A DNA stretch of 64,000 bases from Ostreococcus lucimarinus (Eukaryota): assembly GCA_000092065.1 (NCBI GenBank), contig CP000585.1; one strand, 5' to 3'. Shown in pieces: positions 20,884 through 31,500 of this stretch. Below the pieces are notes generated by a model. The model searched no databases. It had not been told where the DNA came from and was given only the letters and a program-made list of their open reading frames with translations. Every line of letters begins with the position of its first letter. The stretch's first letter is position 1. Made by a program: the position numbers and the translations under genes.

Positions 20884-21717
20884 ATGGTGTGCGCGGCGTG
20901 CGAGCGAAAGCGACGCGCGCGCGGCGACGACGCGCTCGTGCACAGCCGACCGATGTCGCGGCGGGACCTCGCGCTCGAAGGCGCGCGCGCGCTCGACGCG
21001 CGAAGGCCGGTGAACGAGAACAAGGCGCTCGCGGCGATGCGACGGACGCCGTACGGCCGACCGGGCGAGCGACGCGCGACGTGCGCGGTGTGCCGGTGCG
21101 CGCTGCGGGACGGTGGGACGCACTGTAACGCGTGCGCGTACGCGAGAGGGGTGTGCTCGGGGTGCGGGGTGAAGATTATGGACGTGAGCGCGTACAACGG
21201 GCACGACGCGGCGGCGACGACGACGACGAACGCGAGGGACGCGGCGGCGAGCGTGAGGGATCGCGCGGACGTGAGCACGGAGGACGTCGAGCGGAAGGAG
21301 GCGGTGAAGACGAGGGCGAGAGTAGGGACGAAGGCGACGGCGATGGCGAAGGAGGAGGACGAGGACGAGGACGAGGGCGAAGACGCGGCGGAGGCGGAGG
21401 CGGAGGCGGAGACGCGCGCGCCGCCCGCGACGTCGACGGCGTTGGCCGGACCGACGAGCGCGGCGGACGCGGCGCGAGAGATGGGACAGGCGGCGAACGG
21501 GGGTGAGGTGAGCGCGTGGCGGTTGGACACGAAGAGTGGGTACTATTACGACGTCGCCGCGCAGGTGTATTACGATCCAAAGACGGGCGGGTACTTTGAC
21601 TGTAAGACGCAGCAGTGGACGATGCCGGAGAAAAAGACCAGCAGCGAGATCCAGAAAGGAATTAAAACCGGGTCGTTCAAGGATGGCACGCGGAAACCCG
21701 ACAGATTCGGGCTTTGA
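20884..21717 (+). CDS. CRIPT: CRIPT (cysteine-rich PDZ-binding protein) homolog fused to acidic linker and OCRE-like Tyr-rich motif
   Basis: N-terminal 'MVCAACERK', 'VNENKAL', 'TPYG' and the double C-x2-C zinc motif 'TCAVCRCAL...HCNACAYARGVCSGCGVKIMDVSAYN' align with CRIPT. The ORF continues ~170 aa through an E/D-rich stretch to 'WRLDTKSGYYYDVAAQVYYDPKTGGYFDCKTQQW', an OCRE-like motif. Confidence 0.7.
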   Translation: MVCAACERKRRARGDDALVHSRPMSRRDLALEGARALDARRPVNENKALAAMRRTPYGRPGERRATCAVCRCALRDGGTHCNACAYARGVCSGCGVKIMDVSAYNGHDAAATTTTNARDAAASVRDRADVSTEDVERKEAVKTRARVGTKATAMAKEEDEDEDEGEDAAEAEAEAETRAPPATSTALAGPTSAADAAREMGQAANGGEVSAWRLDTKSGYYYDVAAQVYYDPKTGGYFDCKTQQWTMPEKKTSSEIQKGIKTGSFKDGTRKPDRFGL

Positions 21718-21779
21718 GTCTTCCGTCTCGTCTAATCAAAAACGTTTGTATTATAATACTGTCCTCGCGGGAGCAACTT

Positions 21780-22682
21780 TTACGCGCAGTTCGTCATGAG
21801 CCATTCGACGCACTCCTGAACATCGCCGCCGCACGTGTCGAGCGCATCGAGGCAATTCTTTCGTGCAAATCCCATGTTCATCAGCATCTCCACCGGACCA
21901 TCGCTCTCGACGACGGCGATGGTTTCGTACGCCGCGTCGTCGTCGCTGTCGTCGGTTTTGGATTTCTTGTTCCCTCGCTTCACCGGCGTCTTCGTCGCGC
22001 GTTTCGCGGCCGGGGCCGGGGTCTTTTTCGCCTTATTCTCTGCGGTGGTGGCGGCGGTCGTGGCTGCTTCGTTCAGTTGCACGCGCAAATTCTCGACGCG
22101 ACTGCGAAGCGCCTTGAGCATGGCAATCTTCTGCGACTTGTTCAACCCTTCCGGCGACAACGTCGTCGCGTCCGCCTTCACGATCGTCTTCGCCTCGGCC
22201 GGCACGATATCATTCTTCCCCATGTATCTCTGCGCCCCGAGCGCGGCCGCGCGCGGCGGCGCGGGGAGTTCAATCGCCTCCACCTCTTCCTCCGACAGCC
22301 CGTATTTTTTCAAATTTTCCTCTCGCAGCTCCTTGAGCGCCTCCTTCGCTCGAATCCCCCCTTGATTCGTGATCAACCCATTCTTCCGCGTCACGTCCGT
22401 CAGCGCGTCGTTATCCATTCTGATCCGATCGACGTCCAATTTCATCCCCGAATACGCCGCCAGCGACTGTATCCCGAGCAACCGTTGCGTCTGTCCGTTC
22501 AGCTGTTGAATCTGCTTCCCCGGCAGCACGCCGCTGTCGACGATCTGCACCCACTTCCCGATCCCAAACTTCTTCAGGCACTGTCGCAGCGCGTACGCCT
22601 CATCCTTCGTCCATCCCGGGCTCGGCGTGAAGTTCCACAGCGACCGCGCGTCGCCAATCTTCGGTCCGGCGCCCTCCGCCAT
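21780..22682 (-). CDS. SANT/Myb-like plus C-terminal UBA-domain protein
   Basis: Internal ATG ('MAEGAGPKIGDARSLWNFTPSPGWTKDEAYALRQCLKKFGIGKW', SANT/Myb-like). C-terminal 'EMLMNMGFARKNCLDALDTCGGDVQECVEWLMTNC' is a UBA fold. Lys/Ala-rich linker. Confidence 0.55.
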   Translation of the reverse strand: MAEGAGPKIGDARSLWNFTPSPGWTKDEAYALRQCLKKFGIGKWVQIVDSGVLPGKQIQQLNGQTQRLLGIQSLAAYSGMKLDVDRIRMDNDALTDVTRKNGLITNQGGIRAKEALKELREENLKKYGLSEEEVEAIELPAPPRAAALGAQRYMGKNDIVPAEAKTIVKADATTLSPEGLNKSQKIAMLKALRSRVENLRVQLNEAATTAATTAENKAKKTPAPAAKRATKTPVKRGNKKSKTDDSDDDAAYETIAVVESDGPVEMLMNMGFARKNCLDALDTCGGDVQECVEWLMTNCA

Positions 22683-22884
22683 CGCGTCGTCGCCCGTCGC
22701 GCGTCCCCGTTCGAGCCTTCGCGCGCGGTCGCGCCGTTCCCTCGTCTGTCGCGCGCTATCCCGCGCGGCGTCGAGTCGCGCCTCACGCGCGCGTCGTCGC
22801 GCACTCGCGAGCGCGCGTCGTCGCGCGCGTCGTCGTGTGCGAAGGATCGTTTTCAAATCCCACCGAAACGCCCGCAGACGGCAG

Positions 22885-23397
22885 ATGGCGACGCGCGCGG
22901 GCGCCGCGGACGCGCGCGTCGCGGTCCCGCGCGCGCGTCGGTCGACGCGCGCGTCTCGCGCGCGCGCGAAGGCGCGTCGCGGCGACGAAACGCGCCGCGC
23001 GTCGACGCTGTTCGGGGACGAAACGCGCGGAAGCGTCGACGCCGACCAAGCCTGGGTCGCCGGCATGGTGCGATTTTGGCTCGACGAGGAGTGGGAGCGC
23101 GGCGCGACGATCAATCGCGACATCGGCGTCGCCGCGGGCGCGAGCTACGCGAGGTGCGTGGCGCAGATGGCGCGCGAGGGCGAGGACGAGGTGCTGCAGC
23201 GACTCGTCATGGCGCTCGCCGCGGATCTCGCGGATTTCGACTTCGCCGACAGCTTCGTGAGCGCGTTCGAGGTGGCGAACAAAGTGATCGAGATGTTGAT
23301 GCTGCGCGCGGGCGTTGACGTGTGCTGCGTGGGCGAGGATGACATCACGCGGGCGGCGCGGTACGAGGCGACGTTGGAGTCGAGGCGCGACGACTAG
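22885..23397 (+). CDS. Hypothetical small protein with Arg/Ala-rich presequence-like N-terminus
   Basis: Internal ATG at 22885. The C-terminal 110 aa ('MVRFWLDEEWERGATINRDIGVAAGASYARCVAQMAREGEDEVLQRLVMALAADL...') have globular-protein composition. Divergent with the SANT/UBA gene. Confidence 0.35.
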   Translation: MATRAGAADARVAVPRARRSTRASRARAKARRGDETRRASTLFGDETRGSVDADQAWVAGMVRFWLDEEWERGATINRDIGVAAGASYARCVAQMAREGEDEVLQRLVMALAADLADFDFADSFVSAFEVANKVIEMLMLRAGVDVCCVGEDDITRAARYEATLESRRDD

Positions 23398-23620
23398 ACT
23401 GTGATTTATAAACGCGCGCGTCGATTGATTGATTGATTTGATTGATGATTTATTTCGGCGCGTTCGCGTGATTCGTCGTCGATCGTCTCGCGCGGCGCAA
23501 CGACGACTAGACTGTGATTTGTAAACGCGCGCGTTGATTTGATTGATTTATTTCGGCGCGTTCGCGTGATTCGTCGTCGATCGTCTCGCGCGGGACAACG
23601 TCGCGCGGCGACTCGACGCG
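23390..23620. repeat. ~115-bp tandem duplication (2 copies) spanning the stop codon / 3' flank of the 22885..23397 gene and the STT3 upstream region
   Basis: 'gacgactagactgtgattt(a/g)taaacgcgcgcgt(c/t)gatt...tttatttcggcgcgttcgcgtgattcgtcgtcgatcgtctcgcgcgg' is present twice in tandem with a few substitutions or indels. Confidence 0.75.
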
Positions 23621-23628
23621 AGCCAGCG

Positions 23629-25956
23629 ATGCAGCGCTTGATCGATCTCTCGCTCGGTGGGTTCGTGCGCGCGATCGCGCTCGCGATCGCCGTCTACGCC
23701 GCCGTCGACATTCGTCTGTACGCGGTTCGAGATTACGGAAGGATCATCCACGAGTTCGACCCGTGGTTTAATTATCGCGCCACGGTGTACTTGGCGGACA
23801 ACGGATGGAGTAAATTCAAGACGTGGTTCGATTACATGTCGTGGTACCCGCTGGGACGGCCCGTGGGGACGACGATTTATCCCGGGATGCAGATCACGGC
23901 GGTGTTTCTCTGGCGCGTCTTCAACGCGATCGGGTTAAAGATGTCGTTGAATGACGTCTGTGTGTTCTTCCCGGCGTACTTCGCGGCGGTGGCGACGTTC
24001 TTAGTCGCGCTGTTGACGAAGGAGTGCAGTGGAAGCGGCACGGGAGCGGTGGTGGCGGCGTTGGTGATGGCGATCGTGCCGGCGCACACGATGCGATCCG
24101 TAGCGGGCGGTTACGATAACGAATCTTTGGCCGTCACGGCGATGTGCCTGACGTTTTACACGTGGTGCCGCGCTTTGAGAACCCCGAAATCTTGGTGGGT
24201 CGGTGGATTGGCTGGTTTGGCGTACACATACATGGTCGCCGCTTGGGGCGGGTACACGTTCGTGCTCAACATGGTTGGTTTGCACGCCGCCGTGCTCGTG
24301 CTGTACAAGCGTTACAGCTCTTCGCTGTATAAGGCGTACTCGTTATTCTTTGTGGTAGGTACGATCGGGGCGCTTCAGTTTCCCGTCGTCGGTACGCTTC
24401 CTTTCACGTCCGCGGAACAACTCGGACCCATGGGAGTGTTCCTCGGTTTCCAAGTGTTGGAGTTTGTCGAGCGCACGATGAAGCCGGGTATGGAGTCGCG
24501 CGAAAAGTGGCAGCGACGCATTCGGATGTACACATTGGCTTTCGCCGCCGCCATCGGCGCGATAACAGTGCTCAGCGCCACTGGTGTCTACAACATTAAC
24601 GGCTTGTCCGTGCGCGTGAAGAGCTTATTCATCAAGCACACGAAGACCGGTAATCCGCTCGTTGATAGCGTTGCCGAGCATCAGCCGGGTAACGCCGACT
24701 CGTATTACCGATTCTTACACTTCAATTATTTCATCGCCCCGATCGGGTTCTGTTTCTCTGTCGTGCACTTTATGTTTGACGGTTCCGCGGGCGCCTTGTT
24801 CTTGCCGTTATACGGCTTGGTGGCGTACTACTTCGCTAACCGCATGGTCCGTCTCATCATCTTCCTCGGCCCCGTTGCGGCGTGCTTGGTTGGTGTGTGC
24901 ATCGGATACGCCATTGAAGACGCGCTTAGCATCATGCGGAACGACGACATCGAGCAAGCTGAGACGCCGTCAGAAACCGAGACGCCAAAGTCGGCGAAGA
25001 AGAAGTCGAAACAAGCCGCGTACAAGAAGCCCGAACCCTTGAGCGTTACGGTCAAGAGAGACATGACAAAGTGGTGGATGTCGTCCACGGTTCGCCAAAT
25101 TCGCTTGATCGTCACTGTCCTTGCTTTGGTGTTCACGTCGACCAAGATTCCAGTCTTCTACAAGTACTCGCACCAAATGGCGGAGGGCATGTCTCAGCCG
25201 AGCATCATGTTCAAAGGTCAGCTCAATGATGGCAGAACTGTGATGGTCAAGGATTACGTCGAGGCTTACGACTGGTTGCGAACGCAAACCCCCGAAGACG
25301 CTCGCGTCATGGCGTGGTGGGACTACGGCTACCAAATCACTGGAATTGGTAACCGAACGTCCATCGCAGACGGTAACACGTGGAATCATGAGCACATCGC
25401 TAACCTCGCTCGCATGTTGACCTCGGACGAAGCTAAAGCGCATAAGGTCATTCGACACTTGGCCGATTACGTGCTTGTTTGGGCGGGCGGTGGAGGAGAC
25501 GACATGGCCAAGAGCCCTCACCTTTTCCGCATCGGCGCTTCCATCGGGAGCGGCCGCGCCACGGCGGTGGAGATGGAGAAGATTACGAGTACTTTTGGCG
25601 TCGATCGATCTGGTCGTCCGACGCCCAAAATGGCGTCGTCTTTGCTCTTCAAGCTCGTTTCCCCTCAAGGCTCCGTCAGTCCGGAGCACTTCCGAGAAGT
25701 GTACACGTCCAAGTATCGCAAGGTTCGCATTTACGAAGTCGTCAACGTAGACGAAGGTTCCAAGGCTTGGGTCGCTGATCCCGCCAACCGCATGTGCGAT
25801 AACGCCGACGGAACTGGATTCTGCCCGGGTGCTTACCCGCCGGCGTTGAAAAAGTTCCCGAGCATCATCAAGCCGGCGTACAAAGTTCCCGCCTGGATCA
25901 AAGCCAAGCGCGCAGCCGCCAAGTCCGCCAAATCCGCGGCAAAGGACGAGCTTTAA
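23629..25956 (+). CDS. STT3: Oligosaccharyltransferase catalytic subunit STT3
   Basis: Conserved 'IHEFDPWFNYR', 'WWDYGYQI' and the full 11+-TM STT3 core. Start placed at internal ATG 'MQRLIDLSL'. Confidence 0.95.
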   Translation: MQRLIDLSLGGFVRAIALAIAVYAAVDIRLYAVRDYGRIIHEFDPWFNYRATVYLADNGWSKFKTWFDYMSWYPLGRPVGTTIYPGMQITAVFLWRVFNAIGLKMSLNDVCVFFPAYFAAVATFLVALLTKECSGSGTGAVVAALVMAIVPAHTMRSVAGGYDNESLAVTAMCLTFYTWCRALRTPKSWWVGGLAGLAYTYMVAAWGGYTFVLNMVGLHAAVLVLYKRYSSSLYKAYSLFFVVGTIGALQFPVVGTLPFTSAEQLGPMGVFLGFQVLEFVERTMKPGMESREKWQRRIRMYTLAFAAAIGAITVLSATGVYNINGLSVRVKSLFIKHTKTGNPLVDSVAEHQPGNADSYYRFLHFNYFIAPIGFCFSVVHFMFDGSAGALFLPLYGLVAYYFANRMVRLIIFLGPVAACLVGVCIGYAIEDALSIMRNDDIEQAETPSETETPKSAKKKSKQAAYKKPEPLSVTVKRDMTKWWMSSTVRQIRLIVTVLALVFTSTKIPVFYKYSHQMAEGMSQPSIMFKGQLNDGRTVMVKDYVEAYDWLRTQTPEDARVMAWWDYGYQITGIGNRTSIADGNTWNHEHIANLARMLTSDEAKAHKVIRHLADYVLVWAGGGGDDMAKSPHLFRIGASIGSGRATAVEMEKITSTFGVDRSGRPTPKMASSLLFKLVSPQGSVSPEHFREVYTSKYRKVRIYEVVNVDEGSKAWVADPANRMCDNADGTGFCPGAYPPALKKFPSIIKPAYKVPAWIKAKRAAAKSAKSAAKDEL

Positions 25957-26257
25957 TCAATTGACACACACTTCGCAGTATTGGTGACGCGTAGTCAGAT
26001 TTAGATGAATCCGCGCCCACGCGGCGCGGTGCATTGTAGACATCAACAATTAGGCATCGCTCAACGCGGCGACCGAAAAAGCGCATCTGAGATTCCTCCA
26101 AACGACACATCAACACTCTCGCGCGCGCTTCGCACGCCGCACGCATCGCGTTCTCGTCGGATTATTCGCGAGCGCGCGTTCCGTGGTTCAGTGCGCGCGC
26201 GCGACGCGTACGGCGCGCGCGACGCGTACGGCGCGCGAAGCCGCGACCAATCCAAAA

Positions 26258-28387
26258 ATGCAGCAACCGCACGAGTACGACGACTGGTTCGCGCACGCGG
26301 ACGCCGATGGCGACGGCCGCGTCTCCGGCGCCGAGGCCGTGCACTTCTTCATGCGCGCTGGGCTCCCGAAGACCGATCTCGCCAAGCTCTGGGACGCGGC
26401 GGACCACGAACGGGAGGGATCGTTGGATCGACGGGCGTTTTCGTTGGCGTGCGCGCTGATAGGAGCGTTGCAGCAGTACGGAACGATCACGAGAGACGTG
26501 TTCGATCGCGCGCTTGCGGGAGATACGCGAGGATTTCCAAAGCCGAAGATGCAAGGGTTGGAGTTACCGGCGGCGCCGACGGCGACGACGAGTCAACCGC
26601 CGGTTGCCGCGGCGACTGGCGGGACGTTTGGGAACGTTGCGCCGTCGCCCACGATGGAATTTACGTCGCCGCCGAAGGACGATTTATTCGCTATATCGAG
26701 TGGGGTCGATGATTTCGCGCCGGTGGCGCCGGCGCCGATGGAGCGAGCGCCGGCGCCCGTCGCGCCGACGAGTCTCGCGTTTGACGCGCCTCCGCGCGCG
26801 ACGTCGGTAGAGCACACGGTGCAGGCGTATCAAGCGCCTGCAGTTGCCGTACCCGTGGCGCCGGAGGCGAACGTTGATTGGCCGGTGATCGGTCCGAATG
26901 ATTGGCAGCGATATCAACAGATTTTCCTTTCGAACACGAACGGGAACCCGGAGGGACGGTTGAGCGGGCAGCAAGTGGCGCCAATTTTACTCGGTATGAA
27001 CGCGCCTAAGCAAGTATTGAAAGACGTGTGGGAACTTAGTGACTCCGACAAAGATGGGTCTTTGGTTTGGACAGAATTCGTCGTGGCGGCTTACCTCACG
27101 GAACAGGCGAGGAACGGCTTGATGCCTCCCAAATCGCTTCCGCCCGGGCAATTTCCACCATTTAGCATGACGGCGGGTGAGCAACCCGCGCCAGTAGCTC
27201 CCGTCGTTCCAGAAGCCGCGCCAACATCAGTGCTACAGGTGAACGCGGTCATGACGGACGGGTTAATGACACCTAGCATCGCGCGAGAGCAGTTACAAAA
27301 CATCACCGCACCCGCGCAAGCGGCACCGCAAGTGAATGAGGCTTACACATACAGAGGGCCAATGGCAAACATCGACGCCATCCCTGAACAAGATCGTGAT
27401 TTGGCGGGAAAGGTCAAGGAAAACGCGGAGAAGAGCGATCGGCAATTGTGGGAACAAGAAATGAACGAGCGACAGAACGTTCTGAGCGCGCACGCGGCTC
27501 AAGAAGTGTTGGCAAATCTCGCATTGTTTGTTCGTAAATGCGAAGCCGGAATGACAGAAGCGTCCTACAGGGCACAAGTTGCCGAATCGCAAGTCATCGA
27601 ACTTAGGCAGAAATGTGAGGTGATGGAAGGACGTGTGACGCAGCTCGTCGAACAACTGGCCGGACCCATTGAGCGCATCGAGGCGAGCAAGAAGGAACAC
27701 GAGGAATTGAGTGCGCGATACCAGCAACTCGAAGAGCGTCACGCCGAGTTGTCGCAGAACGCGTCGCAGCAAAATCATTCGCAGATGATGCAAGATAACG
27801 TGAGTCTGCGTGCGAAAGTCGAGGCGAAATCCACGCAAATAGTGATGGAGGAGACGCGCGCGAGTCAAGCCGCGACAACGTCGTTGAGCGCTCAGATGCG
27901 AGAAACGCAGCTCACAGCGACGCAACCGCCTGCGACAGCGGCGTTGATGGATTTCGGCGGCGTTTCGGCGGCGTCCACAAATATATCACCGGCCTCAGCC
28001 AATGCGAAGAGCACTTTCGAAGAGTGGGACAATTGGGGCACGACGGCGCGCGAAGAGGCGTCGACTCAAACGCGAGCGTCGTCGATGCCCGCGCAGCGGC
28101 ACCGAAAAGTCCCATCCGAAATCCCCGCCGTCACCGCCGCGCTCATCGAAGGCGACGGCGGCTTTTTCGATAGCATCGACTCCGACCCGTTCGGCCAATC
28201 GAACGAGTCGACGTCGCCCGCTCCCGCCATTCCTCCGTCGTCCTTCGGCGACGACCCCTTCGGCGCGCCGCCGCCGACGCCGCCCGGCGACTACGACGAC
28301 CCTTTCGGCGCGCCACCATCCCCCGGCCCGACGCCGCCGCAGAGCGCGCGCGCATCTTTCATAGACATCGATCCATTCGCGATGTGA
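26258..28387 (+). CDS. EH-domain endocytic adaptor (Eps15/Ede1/intersectin-like): two EH domains, coiled coil, C-terminal DPF motifs
   Basis: Two EF-hand-containing EH domains ('DADGDGRVSGAEAVHFF...' and 'NGNPEGRLSGQQVAPILLGMNAPKQVLKDVWELSDSDKDGSL'). Long Gln/Glu-rich coiled coil. Three 'DPFG' motifs at the C-terminus. Confidence 0.75.
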   Translation: MQQPHEYDDWFAHADADGDGRVSGAEAVHFFMRAGLPKTDLAKLWDAADHEREGSLDRRAFSLACALIGALQQYGTITRDVFDRALAGDTRGFPKPKMQGLELPAAPTATTSQPPVAAATGGTFGNVAPSPTMEFTSPPKDDLFAISSGVDDFAPVAPAPMERAPAPVAPTSLAFDAPPRATSVEHTVQAYQAPAVAVPVAPEANVDWPVIGPNDWQRYQQIFLSNTNGNPEGRLSGQQVAPILLGMNAPKQVLKDVWELSDSDKDGSLVWTEFVVAAYLTEQARNGLMPPKSLPPGQFPPFSMTAGEQPAPVAPVVPEAAPTSVLQVNAVMTDGLMTPSIAREQLQNITAPAQAAPQVNEAYTYRGPMANIDAIPEQDRDLAGKVKENAEKSDRQLWEQEMNERQNVLSAHAAQEVLANLALFVRKCEAGMTEASYRAQVAESQVIELRQKCEVMEGRVTQLVEQLAGPIERIEASKKEHEELSARYQQLEERHAELSQNASQQNHSQMMQDNVSLRAKVEAKSTQIVMEETRASQAATTSLSAQMRETQLTATQPPATAALMDFGGVSAASTNISPASANAKSTFEEWDNWGTTAREEASTQTRASSMPAQRHRKVPSEIPAVTAALIEGDGGFFDSIDSDPFGQSNESTSPAPAIPPSSFGDDPFGAPPPTPPGDYDDPFGAPPSPGPTPPQSARASFIDIDPFAM

Positions 28388-28503
28388 GTGCTCGCCCTAG
28401 CTCGGCGCGAGCGACGCGCTTGTAAAACCCTCGGCGCCTCGCCTCGCCTCGCCGCCGCGCAATCTCGCACCCCCCCCGCCCCCACACCTCGACGCGCGTC
28501 GCC

Positions 28504-31500
28504 ATGCTGAAGAAACTCGGCAGTCGCAAAGATCGCGTCGTCACGTTCGTCGTCACCGTGCGCACGCTCGAACCGTGGCCCACGCGCGCGTCGGGCCGTC
28601 CCGGACAGTTCGCCATCGGTTGGCAGCGCGGCGCGAATAAACGCGGAACGACGCCCGTGCGCGCGGGCGAACGCTCCGATGACGGCGCGCGCGCGACGTA
28701 CGCGTTCGATCACACGTTTGAGGTCGAGGCGACGGTGCGCAGGGCGGGAAAGACGGGACACAAGGAGAAAACACTGACGCTGTACGTGTTGGCGCTGCCC
28801 GAAGACGCGACGCGCGGACGCGAGGTGACGGCGGCGAAGGTCGGGGCGTGCGACGTCGATCTGGCGAAATACGTCGATCGCACGGAGGATGAGACGATAA
28901 TGATCGACGTGGAGTGCGGCGAAGGGGTGCGACGGGCGGTGGGGACGCCGAAGCTTTCGATTTCCGTGCGCGCGAAGGAGGGCGGCGCGAACGCGGAGGG
29001 ACGCGAGGGCGAGGCGAACGCGGCGAACGCGTCGCCGTTGAAATCACCGACGGCGAGCGAACGCGGGGGCGAGTACCAGTGGGCGTCTTCGAGGTTTCAG
29101 TCGGAGCAGGCGAGCTCTTCGCAGGCGGATCAAGTGGAGGCGTTGACGAGCATGGCGAGCATGTTCAAAAAGCGCGCCGCGCCCGTCGAGGAAACCTCGG
29201 TCGTCGACGACGTCGTCGACGAGGGTTCCGAAGCCACGGCCAATGACGAAGCCGACGTTGAAGCGAATACGGCTCGAGCGGAACTAATCGTCGCGCGGGC
29301 GGCGACGCCGAAATCGGACGAATTTTCGTCGACGCCCGACGGCACTCCCGCGTTGGAGCAAGAAGATCCAGAGTTGACGCGAGCGCGCGACGAATTGTTT
29401 GGTGCGCCACCAAAAGATGCCGCGACGTCACCACGCGGTGACGTCGACTCCGATGGTTTCTTGCTCGATTCGGATCTGGACACCGAGGGCGAAGCGGACG
29501 AAGAGACCCCAGCGGAGTTCACTCGTCCAGTCGAAGAGTCGCCGGCGCGAGACGACTCTGAAAACGCCGCGGAGCAAGCGAGATTGGCCGAAGAAGAGGC
29601 GAGAATACGCGCTGAAGAAGACGCTGCTGTAGCTCGCATCGAAGCCGAACGCAAGGCATTTGAAGAAGAGGAGCGCCAGCTCGAAGAGCAAGCGCGACTC
29701 GAAGCTCAGCGAGCAGAGGAAGAAAGAGTTCGCGTCGACGAGGAAGCGAGGTACGCACGCATGGAAGCCGAACGCGCGCAAGCGGAAGAAGAAGCTCGAA
29801 GGTTGGCGGAAGAGGACGCGCTCTTCGCTGAAAATGCCGAGTATCAAAGACGCGCAGAGGAAGAGCAGCGCCTGCGCGCAGAGGAAGAGCAGCGCCTGCG
29901 CGCAGAGGAAGAGCAGCGCCTGCGCGCAGAGGAAGAGCAGCGCCTGCGCGCAGAGGAAGAGCAGCGCCTGCGCGCAGAGGAAGAGCAGCGCCTGCGCGCA
30001 GAGGAAGAGCGACGATGGGCTATGGAAGCCGAGGCTGAGCGCGCGCGCATCGAAGAAATTGAAAAGGCCCGAGCTCATGAAGCCGAAGCTGCGCGTAGAG
30101 CCGTGGAAGATGAAGACGTGGCGGCGGCGCAAATCGCTTCGATTGCACAGCAAGAACGTCAACAGCTGGCAGAAGAGGAAGCGATTAGAGCCGCTCAGGA
30201 AGAAGAGGAGCGACAGCGATTAGAAGATGAAAATCTTCGCACATCTGAACACGAGGCTCGATTGCAAGAGGAACGAGAACTTCAAGCCGAAGAGAACGCG
30301 AAGGCGGCTGCACGCGGCGACATTGATGTGTACGCTAAAGCAGTCATCACCGAGGGCGCGTCATCTGTCTTATTTTCGGACTCTGCTGACGACGTGACTG
30401 CGTTTGGTACACCGTCATCGCACAGCGACGACGCGTTCTACACTCCAGCCACTCGCGGGACGCGTTTCGCGGATTCGGTGCTTAAATCATCTCGCAATCG
30501 CGATTTGGAACACGAGATCGTGAGTATGTCCATTTGTGATATTCTCATTCACAGCACTGCGGAGGATTCGAGCTTCACTACCGCTCTTGGTCTTCAAGAA
30601 CGAATTGCGAGCGTGCGCGCCACGCTCGGAGAGCGCGAGTCTCAACTCGAGTTCAACAGAATCACGGACGCTTTCGGTGTCGCGATTAAAGGGGCGATGC
30701 ATAATCCAGCACGACTCGTGTTCTTATGTGCTCAGCTTATCGCGCTGCGAATTTGCGTGGCCACGATGGATGACTTGGACACGCGCGACGTGATCGAACT
30801 CGAAGTCTTGGCTCGAAACGCCGCGTTTGAGTCGCTCTGGAAGCACACTTGCAGTGCATTAGTAAACCCTGGCGAAGTGACGGAAACGCTCGCACACTTC
30901 ATGAAATCCTTCTGTGGGCCTTCGCCGAATGGAGATGGTGAGAAGATAGGTCGCGCCTGGTCTGCAATGTTTCAGCTCGCCAAGACGCGACTCGACATCA
31001 TCGGTGGCGACGCCGACGACGCCGGCTGCTCTTCGCAACTACTATTGACGCAGCTCCGACAAGGCATCTTGAAGGAGATTATTCTTGCACTTGACAAGTC
31101 TGTATTAGATGCATTGATTCATCCGTCTGGCGATGCCCTGGCAAACCCGATGATACCCGGTGGCGGCGCGTTGACGTTTTCAGCGGGTGCCGAATTGAAG
31201 CGAGCAATTTCTGTACTCGCCAGCGTCGCCAAAGATCTCAACGTTGGCACGAGTACTGAATCGATCATCCCGAAACTCAGAGCCGTCGCAGATGTGTGCA
31301 TGATTCCGAAGGACGCATTGATTGACGTCAAGCTTCGCACGGATATCGTGTGCGGCAAACTCACGGACGAGGAACTTGCCAGCGTCGTCTCGCGATTCCG
31401 CCCTGACGATTTCGCGCCCCAACCCGTGGACCCGGACGTCATCTCCGCCGTCGTCGACGCGGCGACGAATGGAAAGGGTGACACGCCCCCCGCGATCGGA

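Noticed and set aside
21714-23318. 534-aa plus-strand ORF, plus many other 100-550-aa ORFs rich in Arg/Ala/Asp/Pro (e.g. 3051-3716, 3624-4814, 3767-4819, 5681-6646, 20038-21204, 38327-38971, 38463-39371, 40669-42261, 42593-43903, 52015-53451, 53213-54316)
   Set aside because: These lie antisense to or out of frame with well-supported genes. Others fall in GC-rich (CGCGACG)n spacers. Their composition is the expected artefact of stop-codon-poor GC-rich DNA. No recognisable domains.
26199-26245. 21-bp direct duplication 'gcgcgcgacgcgtacggcgcgc' x2 upstream of the EH-domain gene
   Set aside because: It is short, lies in the 5' flank, and is typical slippage in GC-rich DNA. Too small to call a meaningful element.
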